Shown: positions 27,601 through 33,974 of the stretch, in pieces
Numbering within the stretch: position 1 is the stretch's first letter
Layout: every line of letters begins with the position of its first letter
IMG/VR virus record: IMGVR_UViG_3300025103_000076
Span: 1-33,974 of that record
Source of the DNA: a virus
Lineage: Duplodnaviria; Caudoviricetes
Length of the DNA stretch: 33,974 bases
Direction: 5' to 3' (one strand)
Program-made: the position numbers and the translations under genes
The notes under the pieces: generated by a model
The model's database searches: none
Seen by the model: only the letters and a program-made list of their open reading frames with translations
What the model was told of the DNA's origin: nothing

Positions 27601-28760
27601 ACTACTGTTGCTGTAGCTTTACTAGTTGATACTACTGTACTCGTACTAGTATTATACGTTGTTGTAGTTGCAGTTGTCGTATTGAACGTAGTGGTTGTAT
27701 TTGTGCTAGTATTAAAGGTAGTATTAAAAATAGTGGTTGTATTTGTGCTAGTATTATATACAGTGGTTGTACTAGTACTTGTGTTCCATGTAGTAGTATA
27801 AGTAGTTATTGTATTAGTACTTGTATTATACGTGGTGGTAGTAGTAGTAGAAGTATTAAATTCTGTAGATGTTGATTTGCTAGTAGATACTACCGTAGCA
27901 GTGGCTTTATTAGTACTTATTACAGTTGTAGTACTAGTATTGTATGTGGTAGTGGTTGCTGTTGAAGTGTTAAAAGTAGTAGTAGTTGCTGTACTAGTAT
28001 TAAATGTTGTAGTCGTAGACTTGCTAGTTTCAACCACAGTTGCAGTTGCTTTAGATGTACTAACAACAGTTGTGGTACTAGTGTTATAAGTTGTTGTAGT
28101 AGCAGTACTAGTATTCCAAGTGGTTGTAGTACTTTTTGTTGTATTATAAACAGTATTTGTACTTCGATCAGTATTATACGTAGTAGTTGTTGATTTAGTA
28201 GTTTCAACAACAGTGCTAGTAGAAGTATTATATGTAGTGGTTGTGTTAGTACTTGTGTTGTAGGTAGTAGTAGTACTTTTACTGGTGCTCCACGTTGTGT
28301 TTGTGGACTTACTAGTAGATACAACTGTGGCGGTTGCTTTTGAAGTTTCTACTACAGTTGTTGTAGATGTGTTGAATGTTGTGGTGGTAGCTGTTGTAGT
28401 ATTATAAGCTGTGCTAGTGTTTTTGTTTGTTGCCCAAGCTGTAGTATACTCTGTCGTAGTGTTTGTCGCAGTGTTATATACTGTACTTGTACTTTTACTA
28501 GTCTCATACGTAGTTGTAGTACTTTTACTTGTAGATACTACAGTATTAGTTGATTTACTAGTTATTGTACTAGTATTAAAAACTGTAGTAGTAGTTGTAG
28601 ATGTATTAAAAGACGTTGTGGTATTGGTACTAGTATTAAAGGTTGTGGTTGTGGATTTTGAGGTAGCCCATTGAGTACTAGTAGACGCTGTAGTAGCTGT
28701 TGATGCAGCTGTACTTTTTGTCCACCAGTCTTTTTTCCAGAATCCTAACCATTTTGCCAT
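24645..28760 (-). CDS. Giant Thr/Ser-rich repeat protein A (1371 aa)
   Basis: 4.1 kb uninterrupted ORF using the same unit vocabulary as protein B; Trp-rich N-terminus and a GGGGDCFRGCQ C-terminus. Confidence 0.85.
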   Translation of the reverse strand: MAKWLGFWKKDWWTKSTAASTATTASTSTQWATSKSTTTTFNTSTNTTTSFNTSTTTTTVFNTSTITSKSTNTVVSTSKSTTTTYETSKSTSTVYNTATNTTTEYTTAWATNKNTSTAYNTTTATTTTFNTSTTTVVETSKATATVVSTSKSTNTTWSTSKSTTTTYNTSTNTTTTYNTSTSTVVETTKSTTTTYNTDRSTNTVYNTTKSTTTTWNTSTATTTTYNTSTTTVVSTSKATATVVETSKSTTTTFNTSTATTTTFNTSTATTTTYNTSTTTVISTNKATATVVSTSKSTSTEFNTSTTTTTTYNTSTNTITTYTTTWNTSTSTTTVYNTSTNTTTIFNTTFNTSTNTTTTFNTTTATTTTYNTSTSTVVSTSKATATVVSTSKSTTTTYETSKNTTTTYETSKSTTTTFNTATTTVISTSKATATVVSTSKSTSTAWSTSKSTTTTFNTSTDTTTTYNTATSTVVETNKSTNTVVSTSKSTTTTFNTSTATTTTFNTSTSTTTTYNTSTSTVVETSKSTTTTYNTDRSTNTTYNTTKSTTTTWETSKNTTTTYNTQTTTVVSTSKTTATVVSTSKSTTTAYETNKNTTTTYNTSTATTTTYNTQKGTITVYNTSTSTVVSTSKNTNTTWQTSKSTTTTFNTSTDTTTTFNTTTATTTVYNTSTDTVVSTNKSTTTTWSTNKNTTTTFNTTTATTTTFNTTTATTTTYNTATTTVVSTSKATTTTYETSKSTSTVVSTSKTTSSVFNTSTNTETTYNTSTATTTTYNTSTTTTVSTSKSTTTTFNTSTSTTYNTSTTTNINTSTQYNTSTNTTTTFNTSTNTTTTYNTSTTTVVSTSKSTTTTYETSKSTTTTWSTNKNTTTTFNTSTSTTTTYNTATSTVVETSKTTTTTYNTSRSTNTTYNTQKTTSTTWSTSKNTTTTYNTATTTVVSTSKATATVVSTSKSTNTVVSTSKNTSTTFNTTTATTTTYNTSTNTTTTYNTATTTVVSTSKNTNTTWGTSKSTNTVFNTSTATTTTYNTSTDTTTTYNTATSTVVETSKSTNTIVSTSKSTSTTFNTTTSTTTVYNTSTDTTTTYNTATTTSWGTLRSTDETSSTTKSTTTAYNTSTSTLTSTAYNTTKSTTTTWSTSKNTTTTWNTSTLTTKATTTNYNTSTSTTTTTTYNTSTTTAYNTSTSTSTNTVVSTSTLYSKTTNTTTQYNTSTTTNTTTTYNTSTVTNRNTTTSWSTAYNTSTSTETTTTYNTSTDTTRSTTTTWTTAYNTATQTSKSTTTTWSTAYNTTTTTVFNTSTTTAYNTSTTTTFLTQTIYTTSWNVNTTTTYNTTTSTLTTFSTAYTTTYNTHYVSYYNTSTQTQTDGGGGDCFRGCQ
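24690..28670 (-). repeat. Degenerate ~30-bp (10-aa) coding repeat array
   Basis: Same N-type and K-type units as in protein B. Confidence 0.9.
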
Positions 28761-28772
28761 GTGTCATTTTTT

Positions 28773-29624
28773 TTAAGAGAAGTCACCAATATAATTTACA
28801 AATACTTTATTTGTTGCTAAAACAATATATGATAGTACTGATGACTTGCTATTACCAGTTACAAAATTCACTGTTGCTCCAGAAGGAGTGTGCATATAAC
28901 TAGGTAATGCAGCAAAAGCTACGGTACCAGAAGAAGCGTTATTAATTATTATATTACCAGATTGTCCAACATTATCAGAGGTAATAGTTAAAGCTATGGT
29001 ATTTGTAGCAGCGTTAGCATTTATAATAAAATTATCATTTAAACTTAAATCACAAGTATGTGTATTGGTAGAATGAGTAACAGTTGTTACAGTTCTACGT
29101 AAATTTTTTGTTACTAAAACAGTACCTTGGAATAAACCATCAGAAGCTATATCTTGAATAGCATAAACTAATCCTGTTGATGGAGTTCCTTTATGTGTTT
29201 TATATGTTAATGTTAAATCATAAAAATCACTATTACTACTATTAACAGCTATATTACTTACCCAATATGCACCCCATATATTACGATCATTTAATTCTAC
29301 TATAACTATGTCTCTATTTGCTAATACATTTAAAGCATCTGGAGCCATAATATCACTACAATTATCATAATGATATTTACTTACTGTTATACTTGTAATA
29401 CTTGCCCAAGCAGAACTATCTGATGAAAACTCCCCACATCCATCTGCAGTACTCATATATTGCCAAGCAAATCTTATAGATGATCCAACAGCATTTGTAG
29501 CATCCATCCAGGCTGCAATATCTTTTACTTGATAGTTTCTAGTTGTCGAACCTTGATCTGATCCAAGAAGTTTGTCTGTTCCATGAATAACTTGATCTAC
29601 AGCTATATTTTTAATCTTAGGCAT
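28773..29624 (-). CDS. Putative fibre/appendage structural protein
   Basis: N-terminus DKLLGSDQGSTTRNY resembles virion-attachment segments. The C-terminal beta domain (CDLSLNDNF..GQSGNIIIN..VLSYIV) resembles phage fibre tip domains. Confidence 0.5.
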   Translation of the reverse strand: MPKIKNIAVDQVIHGTDKLLGSDQGSTTRNYQVKDIAAWMDATNAVGSSIRFAWQYMSTADGCGEFSSDSSAWASITSITVSKYHYDNCSDIMAPDALNVLANRDIVIVELNDRNIWGAYWVSNIAVNSSNSDFYDLTLTYKTHKGTPSTGLVYAIQDIASDGLFQGTVLVTKNLRRTVTTVTHSTNTHTCDLSLNDNFIINANAATNTIALTITSDNVGQSGNIIINNASSGTVAFAALPSYMHTPSGATVNFVTGNSKSSVLSYIVLATNKVFVNYIGDFS

Positions 29625-30034
29625 TATTTTCCGTTTTTAAGTTTGTTATATTTTTCAACACTACGACCACCAAAATAAGCACCAATAGTAGTCATAAGTA
29701 CTAATTGAAGTAAATCCACCCATTTGGCTTCTACTTCAAATTGTAATGATCCACTATCAATAAATACCATGAGCACGGTCGCCACTATAAGGAATATGAG
29801 TACGAGAGGACGAACTGAACGCGTTAACCAGTTTCCGTGCTCTAAATCTGCTTTCCACCTTTCGGTAACATTCTTTTGCATAGCCGCTTCTGCTTCTATG
29901 AGGATTTCAGTCATTTGTTTTTCAAATTCTGCCTTTTCATCTTTAGTGCGTACGAATTTATCTACTACTCCACTAATCTTTTCAACAATACCACCACCGG
30001 CACCACCGAAAAGTTTTGCTAATAACTTACTCAT
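29624..30034 (-). CDS. Holin, 3TM/GTA-holin-like
   Basis: RWKAD..WLTRSVRPLVLIFL, two hydrophobic helices and AYFGGRSVEK. Confidence 0.75.
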   Translation of the reverse strand: MSKLLAKLFGGAGGGIVEKISGVVDKFVRTKDEKAEFEKQMTEILIEAEAAMQKNVTERWKADLEHGNWLTRSVRPLVLIFLIVATVLMVFIDSGSLQFEVEAKWVDLLQLVLMTTIGAYFGGRSVEKYNKLKNGK

Positions 30035-30037
30035 ATC

Positions 30038-30412
30038 TTAAGCTTTTGCGAAACTCATGTATTCTACATACTGAGCTGAAGTACCTGTAACATATATATC
30101 CGCAGCACCATTGCTCGGTATCACTGCAAATTCTCCAGTTCCTATTGTAGCTATTCTTGTATTAGCTTCTGAGTTACCACTCGTGTTATGTACATAAAGA
30201 AGATTTGATGCAGATAAATTATTAATTACTATTACTACGTTTCCTGTGTCATCGGCTTCTTGAATCTGTTGAGCAGAACCATCTAGCTTAAGTTTATGTA
30301 CTTTATTACCTTCGTTTGTTGTAAATGCTTTAGTGAAGTTCACCGCCACGGCGTCTGAAAAAGGACCACCTGCGGCTGCCACTAATTTTAATGTTGCTGT
30401 TAATGTTGCCAT
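30038..30412 (-). CDS. Small beta-rich putative virion protein
   Basis: 124-aa Ala/Thr/Gly-rich ORF starting MATLTATLKL. Confidence 0.5.
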   Translation of the reverse strand: MATLTATLKLVAAAGGPFSDAVAVNFTKAFTTNEGNKVHKLKLDGSAQQIQEADDTGNVVIVINNLSASNLLYVHNTSGNSEANTRIATIGTGEFAVIPSNGAADIYVTGTSAQYVEYMSFAKA

Positions 30413-30415
30413 AAT

Positions 30416-30502
30416 CTATTTTTGTTTTTTCTTTTTACTATAATACTTTTGATATTTTCGTTTCGGTTTTAAACCTCCACCTTTTTTCTTTTTTCCAGGC
30501 AT
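30416..30502 (-). CDS. 28-aa highly basic peptide
   Basis: MPGKKKKGGGLKPKRKYQKYYSKKKKQK*. Fills the gap between neighbours exactly (2 nt after the upstream stop, 3 nt before the next ATG). Below the ORF-track cutoff. Confidence 0.65.
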   Translation of the reverse strand: MPGKKKKGGGLKPKRKYQKYYSKKKKQK

Positions 30503-30504
30503 AA

Positions 30505-30807
30505 TTATGTTATATTAGGGTTACTTAAATCTTCTTGTGCATTATAGCCCCCACCTCCCGGTATGTTTTCTGGACGACCTCTTTTGGTCATGCCTACAAT
30601 TTTTTGTATAATACCTGAGTTATCTAAACTAGGTTTCTTATCTACAAAAGGTACAGGTCTCTTAAAAGGACCTTCGCTTACCTCATTATTAGAACCGAGT
30701 TCTTGTTTGAATCCAACGGATTCGCTACTTGAACTTCTGTCTTGTTGGGATTTTTTAAAGTGCTTTATAGCAGCCATAATAGATTTCATATTTCCAATTG
30801 GGAACAT
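30505..30807 (-). CDS. Hypothetical protein, probably disordered
   Basis: 100-aa ORF in operon orientation with an AT-rich leader. Confidence 0.55.
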   Translation of the reverse strand: MFPIGNMKSIMAAIKHFKKSQQDRSSSSESVGFKQELGSNNEVSEGPFKRPVPFVDKKPSLDNSGIIQKIVGMTKRGRPENIPGGGGYNAQEDLSNPNIT

Positions 30808-30825
30808 AGTATTGAGTTTTAATTG

Positions 30826-31266
30826 TTAACGATCATTGTCTTTAATCATATCATCAATAGCTTTATTATAAACTTTATCTGTATATGATTTGTTGTCGTA
30901 GAATTTGGATCTTTCTGATGTAGGTAAATCTTCTTCACCTAATAGAATTCTATATATCCTACTTATAAGCTGGGAGCATTTAAATGATGTCTTAAAAATA
31001 CTGTATTTGATTGAAGTGCGGTTTCGATGTCTCCATGTTTCTATCCAACCTTGTTGTCTTAGTCTTTCCCATCGGTTTTTATCCCATGAGTAAGTATATG
31101 TACCATCGATAAATTCTTGTCGTGTAAACCTGTCTTTACAGTCTAAATATATTAAAAGTTCTAAATCGGCATCTTTTAATTCGTAAGTTTTACAGGCCCA
31201 TTTACGAACGAGCCTGTAATACTTAAGAATTTGCATTTCGCGTAGATCTGCAGAACTTAATCTCAT
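30826..31266 (-). CDS. Putative winged-helix DNA-binding protein
   Basis: LKDADLELLIYL..FTRQEF..RLRQQGWIE follows a MarR-like wHTH pattern. Confidence 0.5.
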   Translation of the reverse strand: MRLSSADLREMQILKYYRLVRKWACKTYELKDADLELLIYLDCKDRFTRQEFIDGTYTYSWDKNRWERLRQQGWIETWRHRNRTSIKYSIFKTSFKCSQLISRIYRILLGEEDLPTSERSKFYDNKSYTDKVYNKAIDDMIKDNDR

Positions 31267-31273
31267 TTAACTA

Positions 31274-31648
31274 TTAGTTATCTGGATTAGTATCAGCATC
31301 AGCGGTTGAGATAATACATGCAGATATGTTTGAATCAACATATACGCTGTTATCATCATCAGCAACAACTAGCATAGCTGCACCGTAAGGGTCAGCAATA
31401 GCTTTAGCTATACTTGTACATACTGCTTTATAAGCTCCAGAAGTGTAAGTTAACTCAACGTAATTCTTTGTAGAATCAGCGTCAGTTCCTTCAGCAATCC
31501 TTGGATTCTTAAAATAAACATTGCATGTAGTAGCAGCAGTTGCGTTGATAGACATAAGGTCAGCAGCTGGGATAACAATGTTATCTGCAGCAGCATCAAC
31601 ACCACCTCCACTCGCGAAGTAAAGTAATTTTGCGTGTAATTTTGCCAT
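31274..31648 (-). CDS. Hypothetical protein, possibly virion-associated
   Basis: 124-aa Ala/Asp-rich ORF. Confidence 0.55.
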   Translation of the reverse strand: MAKLHAKLLYFASGGGVDAAADNIVIPAADLMSINATAATTCNVYFKNPRIAEGTDADSTKNYVELTYTSGAYKAVCTSIAKAIADPYGAAMLVVADDDNSVYVDSNISACIISTADADTNPDN

Positions 31649-31712
31649 TTTTAGATTTTTTAAGGGTTAAACAATAATTTCAGCACGACTATATTAAATT
31701 TCAATTGATTAA

Positions 31713-31970
31713 CTATTCAACTATAACTACATCTGCGTGCTTTATAACAAAATAATAGTTACCGTCGAATTCGATCCCATGACCAGCATTCTTATCATAA
31801 TAAACAATATCATCTTTTTTGATACCATTTACTAGATCGCCAATACTTTCCACACGACCTTTTAAATACCTAACATCGTCATTTTGTGTTTCTGTTAAAA
31901 CAAACCCACTTTCAGACTTAGGCTTTTCTTTTATTTTCTCTATGACTATGTAATAATTAATTGCTTTCAT
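31713..31970 (-). CDS. groES: Co-chaperonin GroES (phage-encoded)
   Basis: MKAINYYIVIE..KSESGFVL..KGRVESIG..IKKDDIVYY..VIKHADVVIV; overlaps the groEL stop. Confidence 0.85.
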   Translation of the reverse strand: MKAINYYIVIEKIKEKPKSESGFVLTETQNDDVRYLKGRVESIGDLVNGIKKDDIVYYDKNAGHGIEFDGNYYFVIKHADVVIVE

Positions 31971-33528
31971 CTACTATCCTTATATTATTTATTACACAAT
32001 CTGCCGAAATTATAGTAGTTACTACTGATACTGCGTTGCGCAGCGCCGATTTTGTTACCAAAACCGGATCAATAATTCCAGCTTTTACCATATCTACTTC
32101 TTTTCCGCTTGTAACATCTATACCATAACCAGGTTTTTTAGGATTACATCTTTCTAAACCTGCATTATCTAGTATAGTACAAAACGGTGATAATATAGAT
32201 TCGGTTAATATTTTTTCTCCGATGTTATCTTCATCTATATTTTGAGCTGCATTTAATAGAGCAATTCCACCTCCAGGAACAATTCCTTCCTTTAAAGCGG
32301 CTTTAGTAGCATAAACAGCATCTTCAACTCTATCCTTTTTCTCTTTCAATTCTACTTTAGAATCAGCACCTACATATACAACTCCCACACTACCTGCTAA
32401 TATTGCTAGCCTTTGTTCTAGCTTTTTCCTCATAAAAGGATTTTTATCCTCCTTTTTAATTAGCTTCTTAACGTGTGCTATTCTTTCTTTTAGTTCCTCA
32501 CCTGTTTTATTTACAGTAAACACTGTATGTTTGTCGTTGGTGATTACTTTTATAGCATTACCTAAACAATCTGGTTCTATTAAATCGAAATCATCTCCAA
32601 GTTCTTCATTTATTACTTTAGCACCAGTTACTATTGCTAAGTCAGCTATAGTATCTTCTTTTGTAGGTCCAAAACCAGGTAGGTCTATAAAGTTAACCTT
32701 TATATTACCTTTCACTTTATTAGCTAGTAATGCTGCTTTTGGTTGTTGTTCTAACTCACCTACTATTAATAGTGGCCTATTTTGTTTAATACAAAATTCC
32801 AACACTGTTTGTATCTTTCTAACATTTGGAATAGCTGTAGAAGATATAAGTATATAAGGATTTTCTAATTCACATACACCTTTATCTTTATCAGTTATTA
32901 AATATTTAGATTTTAATGGACAATCTATCTGTACACCATCAACAACATCAACATATGTTTCCCCTGTTAATGACTCTTCCATTAATACAACACCATCTTC
33001 ACCTACTTTTTTATAAGCTTCTGATATATGTTTACCTAATTCCTCATCATTATTACAAGATATTGTAGCAACTTGTTTTAAAAGCTTGTTATCTACTTCT
33101 ATTGCTGTCTTGTCTAGATATTTAATTACTTTATCCATACCAGACTTAATACCTTTCTTCACGTCTCTAATAGATTCCTTATTATATTCAGGATTACTAG
33201 CTACATTTAATAATGAATGAGCAAGAACGGTAGCCGTTGTGGTACCGTCGCCTGCTTCTTTCACTGTTCTCTGAGCTGCTTCTTTTAGTAAAGTAGCACC
33301 CATGTTTTCAACCGGATCAAATAAGACTACGGATTCTGCGACCGTTACACCATCTTTTGTTATCACCGGTTTTCCTAGTGCGTCTTCGTAAATTACACAT
33401 TTACCAGAGGCACCGAGTGTAGATTTAACAGCGCTATTAAGCTTTTCTACACCTTGAATTATTTTATTTTTAGCATTATCGCCGAAGTTTAATGACTTGA
33501 CGATTTGGCTGGGTTGATTATATTCCAT
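31957..33528 (-). CDS. groEL: Chaperonin GroEL (phage-encoded)
   Basis: ITKDGVTVA, AGDGTTTATVLA, EKKDRVEDA..ATKAALKEGIVPGGG and GIIDPVLVTKSAL. Confidence 0.95.
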   Translation of the reverse strand: MEYNQPSQIVKSLNFGDNAKNKIIQGVEKLNSAVKSTLGASGKCVIYEDALGKPVITKDGVTVAESVVLFDPVENMGATLLKEAAQRTVKEAGDGTTTATVLAHSLLNVASNPEYNKESIRDVKKGIKSGMDKVIKYLDKTAIEVDNKLLKQVATISCNNDEELGKHISEAYKKVGEDGVVLMEESLTGETYVDVVDGVQIDCPLKSKYLITDKDKGVCELENPYILISSTAIPNVRKIQTVLEFCIKQNRPLLIVGELEQQPKAALLANKVKGNIKVNFIDLPGFGPTKEDTIADLAIVTGAKVINEELGDDFDLIEPDCLGNAIKVITNDKHTVFTVNKTGEELKERIAHVKKLIKKEDKNPFMRKKLEQRLAILAGSVGVVYVGADSKVELKEKKDRVEDAVYATKAALKEGIVPGGGIALLNAAQNIDEDNIGEKILTESILSPFCTILDNAGLERCNPKKPGYGIDVTSGKEVDMVKAGIIDPVLVTKSALRNAVSVVTTIISADCVINNIRIVDESN

Positions 33529-33612
33529 TTAATTTAATTTTAGTCTTCGTATAGATAGAAATGAATAGGTATTCCTAACAAAACTATTCCTATACATATT
33601 AATAATTCCACT

Positions 33613-33930
33613 TTATTTAAAGGTTTTAACTACTTTAGGTCCTTTTGTGAACTCTAACTTTTTATTGTAGTGACTGATACTGCCATCTATAGCGGTTTCT
33701 GCACCTTCTATTGTTTCCCTTCTTGTAACATCGTTCCATTTGTCGCAACAATGATCCTTTTCAGAATCACAATTACAGTTAACGTCTCGGTATTCGGTTT
33801 GAAAAAATCCATTTGGTAATTGAACTATTCTCCAGTTCTTCTTTTCAGCTAAGTGCTTCCAAGCTTCTATGGTTTCTTCGGTAATTTGTGGTTGACTACT
33901 CCACGATCTAGTCGCATAAAAATACGTCAT
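33613..33930 (-). CDS. Hypothetical phage protein
   Basis: 105-aa ORF with NWRIVQLPNGFFQTE and a Cys-rich loop CNCDSEKDHCC. Confidence 0.6.
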   Translation of the reverse strand: MTYFYATRSWSSQPQITEETIEAWKHLAEKKNWRIVQLPNGFFQTEYRDVNCNCDSEKDHCCDKWNDVTRRETIEGAETAIDGSISHYNKKLEFTKGPKVVKTFK

Positions 33931-33974
33931 AATTTTGGTATTTAAGGTTATGCAGAGGCTTTTTCATTCTTTGT

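Noticed and set aside
19470-28670. CRISPR array or DGR template/variable repeats
   Set aside because: No identical repeats with unique spacers, no cas or reverse transcriptase gene, and variation is at synonymous positions rather than adenine-specific.
19470-28670. Dense ACTAGT/AGTACT palindromes suggesting DNA/RNA structure or an inverted duplication between genes A and B
   Set aside because: Explained by Thr-Ser codons (ACT AGT). Both genes are A/C-rich on the same strand and are not DNA reverse complements, so the mirror symmetry is at the protein level only.
19372-28760. Ice-binding or ice-nucleation protein call from TxT arrays
   Set aside because: No InaZ-type AGYGST repeats and few turn residues for a solenoid, and it would not explain the A/B complementarity. 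Not excluded as a secondary property; an ice assay would settle it.
19479-28903. Many Val-rich plus-strand ORFs and Leu/Gln-rich alternative-frame ORFs within the repeat genes
   Set aside because: These are shadows of Thr (ACN) codon runs. They are fragmented and lack independent coding signals.
1977-32857. Other short plus-strand ORFs (e.g. 1977, 5334, 11685, 14870, 17062, 29724, 30563, 32531)
   Set aside because: They are antisense to well-supported genes and have no recognisable motifs.
448-33528. Genome-wide stop-codon reassignment
   Set aside because: TerL, portal, MCP, GroEL and the tail genes are full length under the standard code, with dense gene packing.
31957-33528. Bacterial chromosome origin suggested by groEL
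   Set aside because: The divergent GroEL is embedded in a continuous phage structural operon with no other cellular housekeeping genes.
33549-33595. Imperfect inverted repeat upstream of groEL as a CIRCE element or terminator
   Set aside because: Does not match TTAGCACTC-N9-GAGTGCTAA; the stem is weak and AT-rich.

Overview
AT-rich (roughly 30% GC by eye) virion-morphogenesis region of a tailed dsDNA phage, with every credible gene on the minus strand. Gene content and order resemble crAss-like/Crassvirales-related flavobacterial phages, and the A/T-rich leaders without Shine-Dalgarno sites suggest a Bacteroidota host (inference). In transcription order (right to left): GroEL, GroES, small structural/regulatory genes, 3TM holin, fibre-like protein, an ~10 kb accessory cassette (Thr-rich protein A of 1371 aa, Rmt2/GAMT-like methyltransferase fused to a degenerate Hint domain, Thr-rich protein B of 1408 aa, KpsS/KpsC-like glycosyltransferase), GroES-like protein, small and large terminase, portal, scaffold, major capsid protein, tail ring proteins, a two-part muzzle/stabilization protein separated by a nucleotidyltransferase-like gene, and a truncated internal virion protein. 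The main observation concerns the two Thr-rich proteins. Both are built from two kinds of ~10-aa unit (N-type YNTSTxTxTT and K-type VSTSKxTxTT), and the unit order in protein B read C-to-N is nearly the complement of protein A read N-to-C, with landmark spacings mirrored exactly. This suggests an antiparallel heterodimeric filament specified by a protein-level 'reverse-complement' code. All family assignments come from motif recognition by eye; no searches were run.
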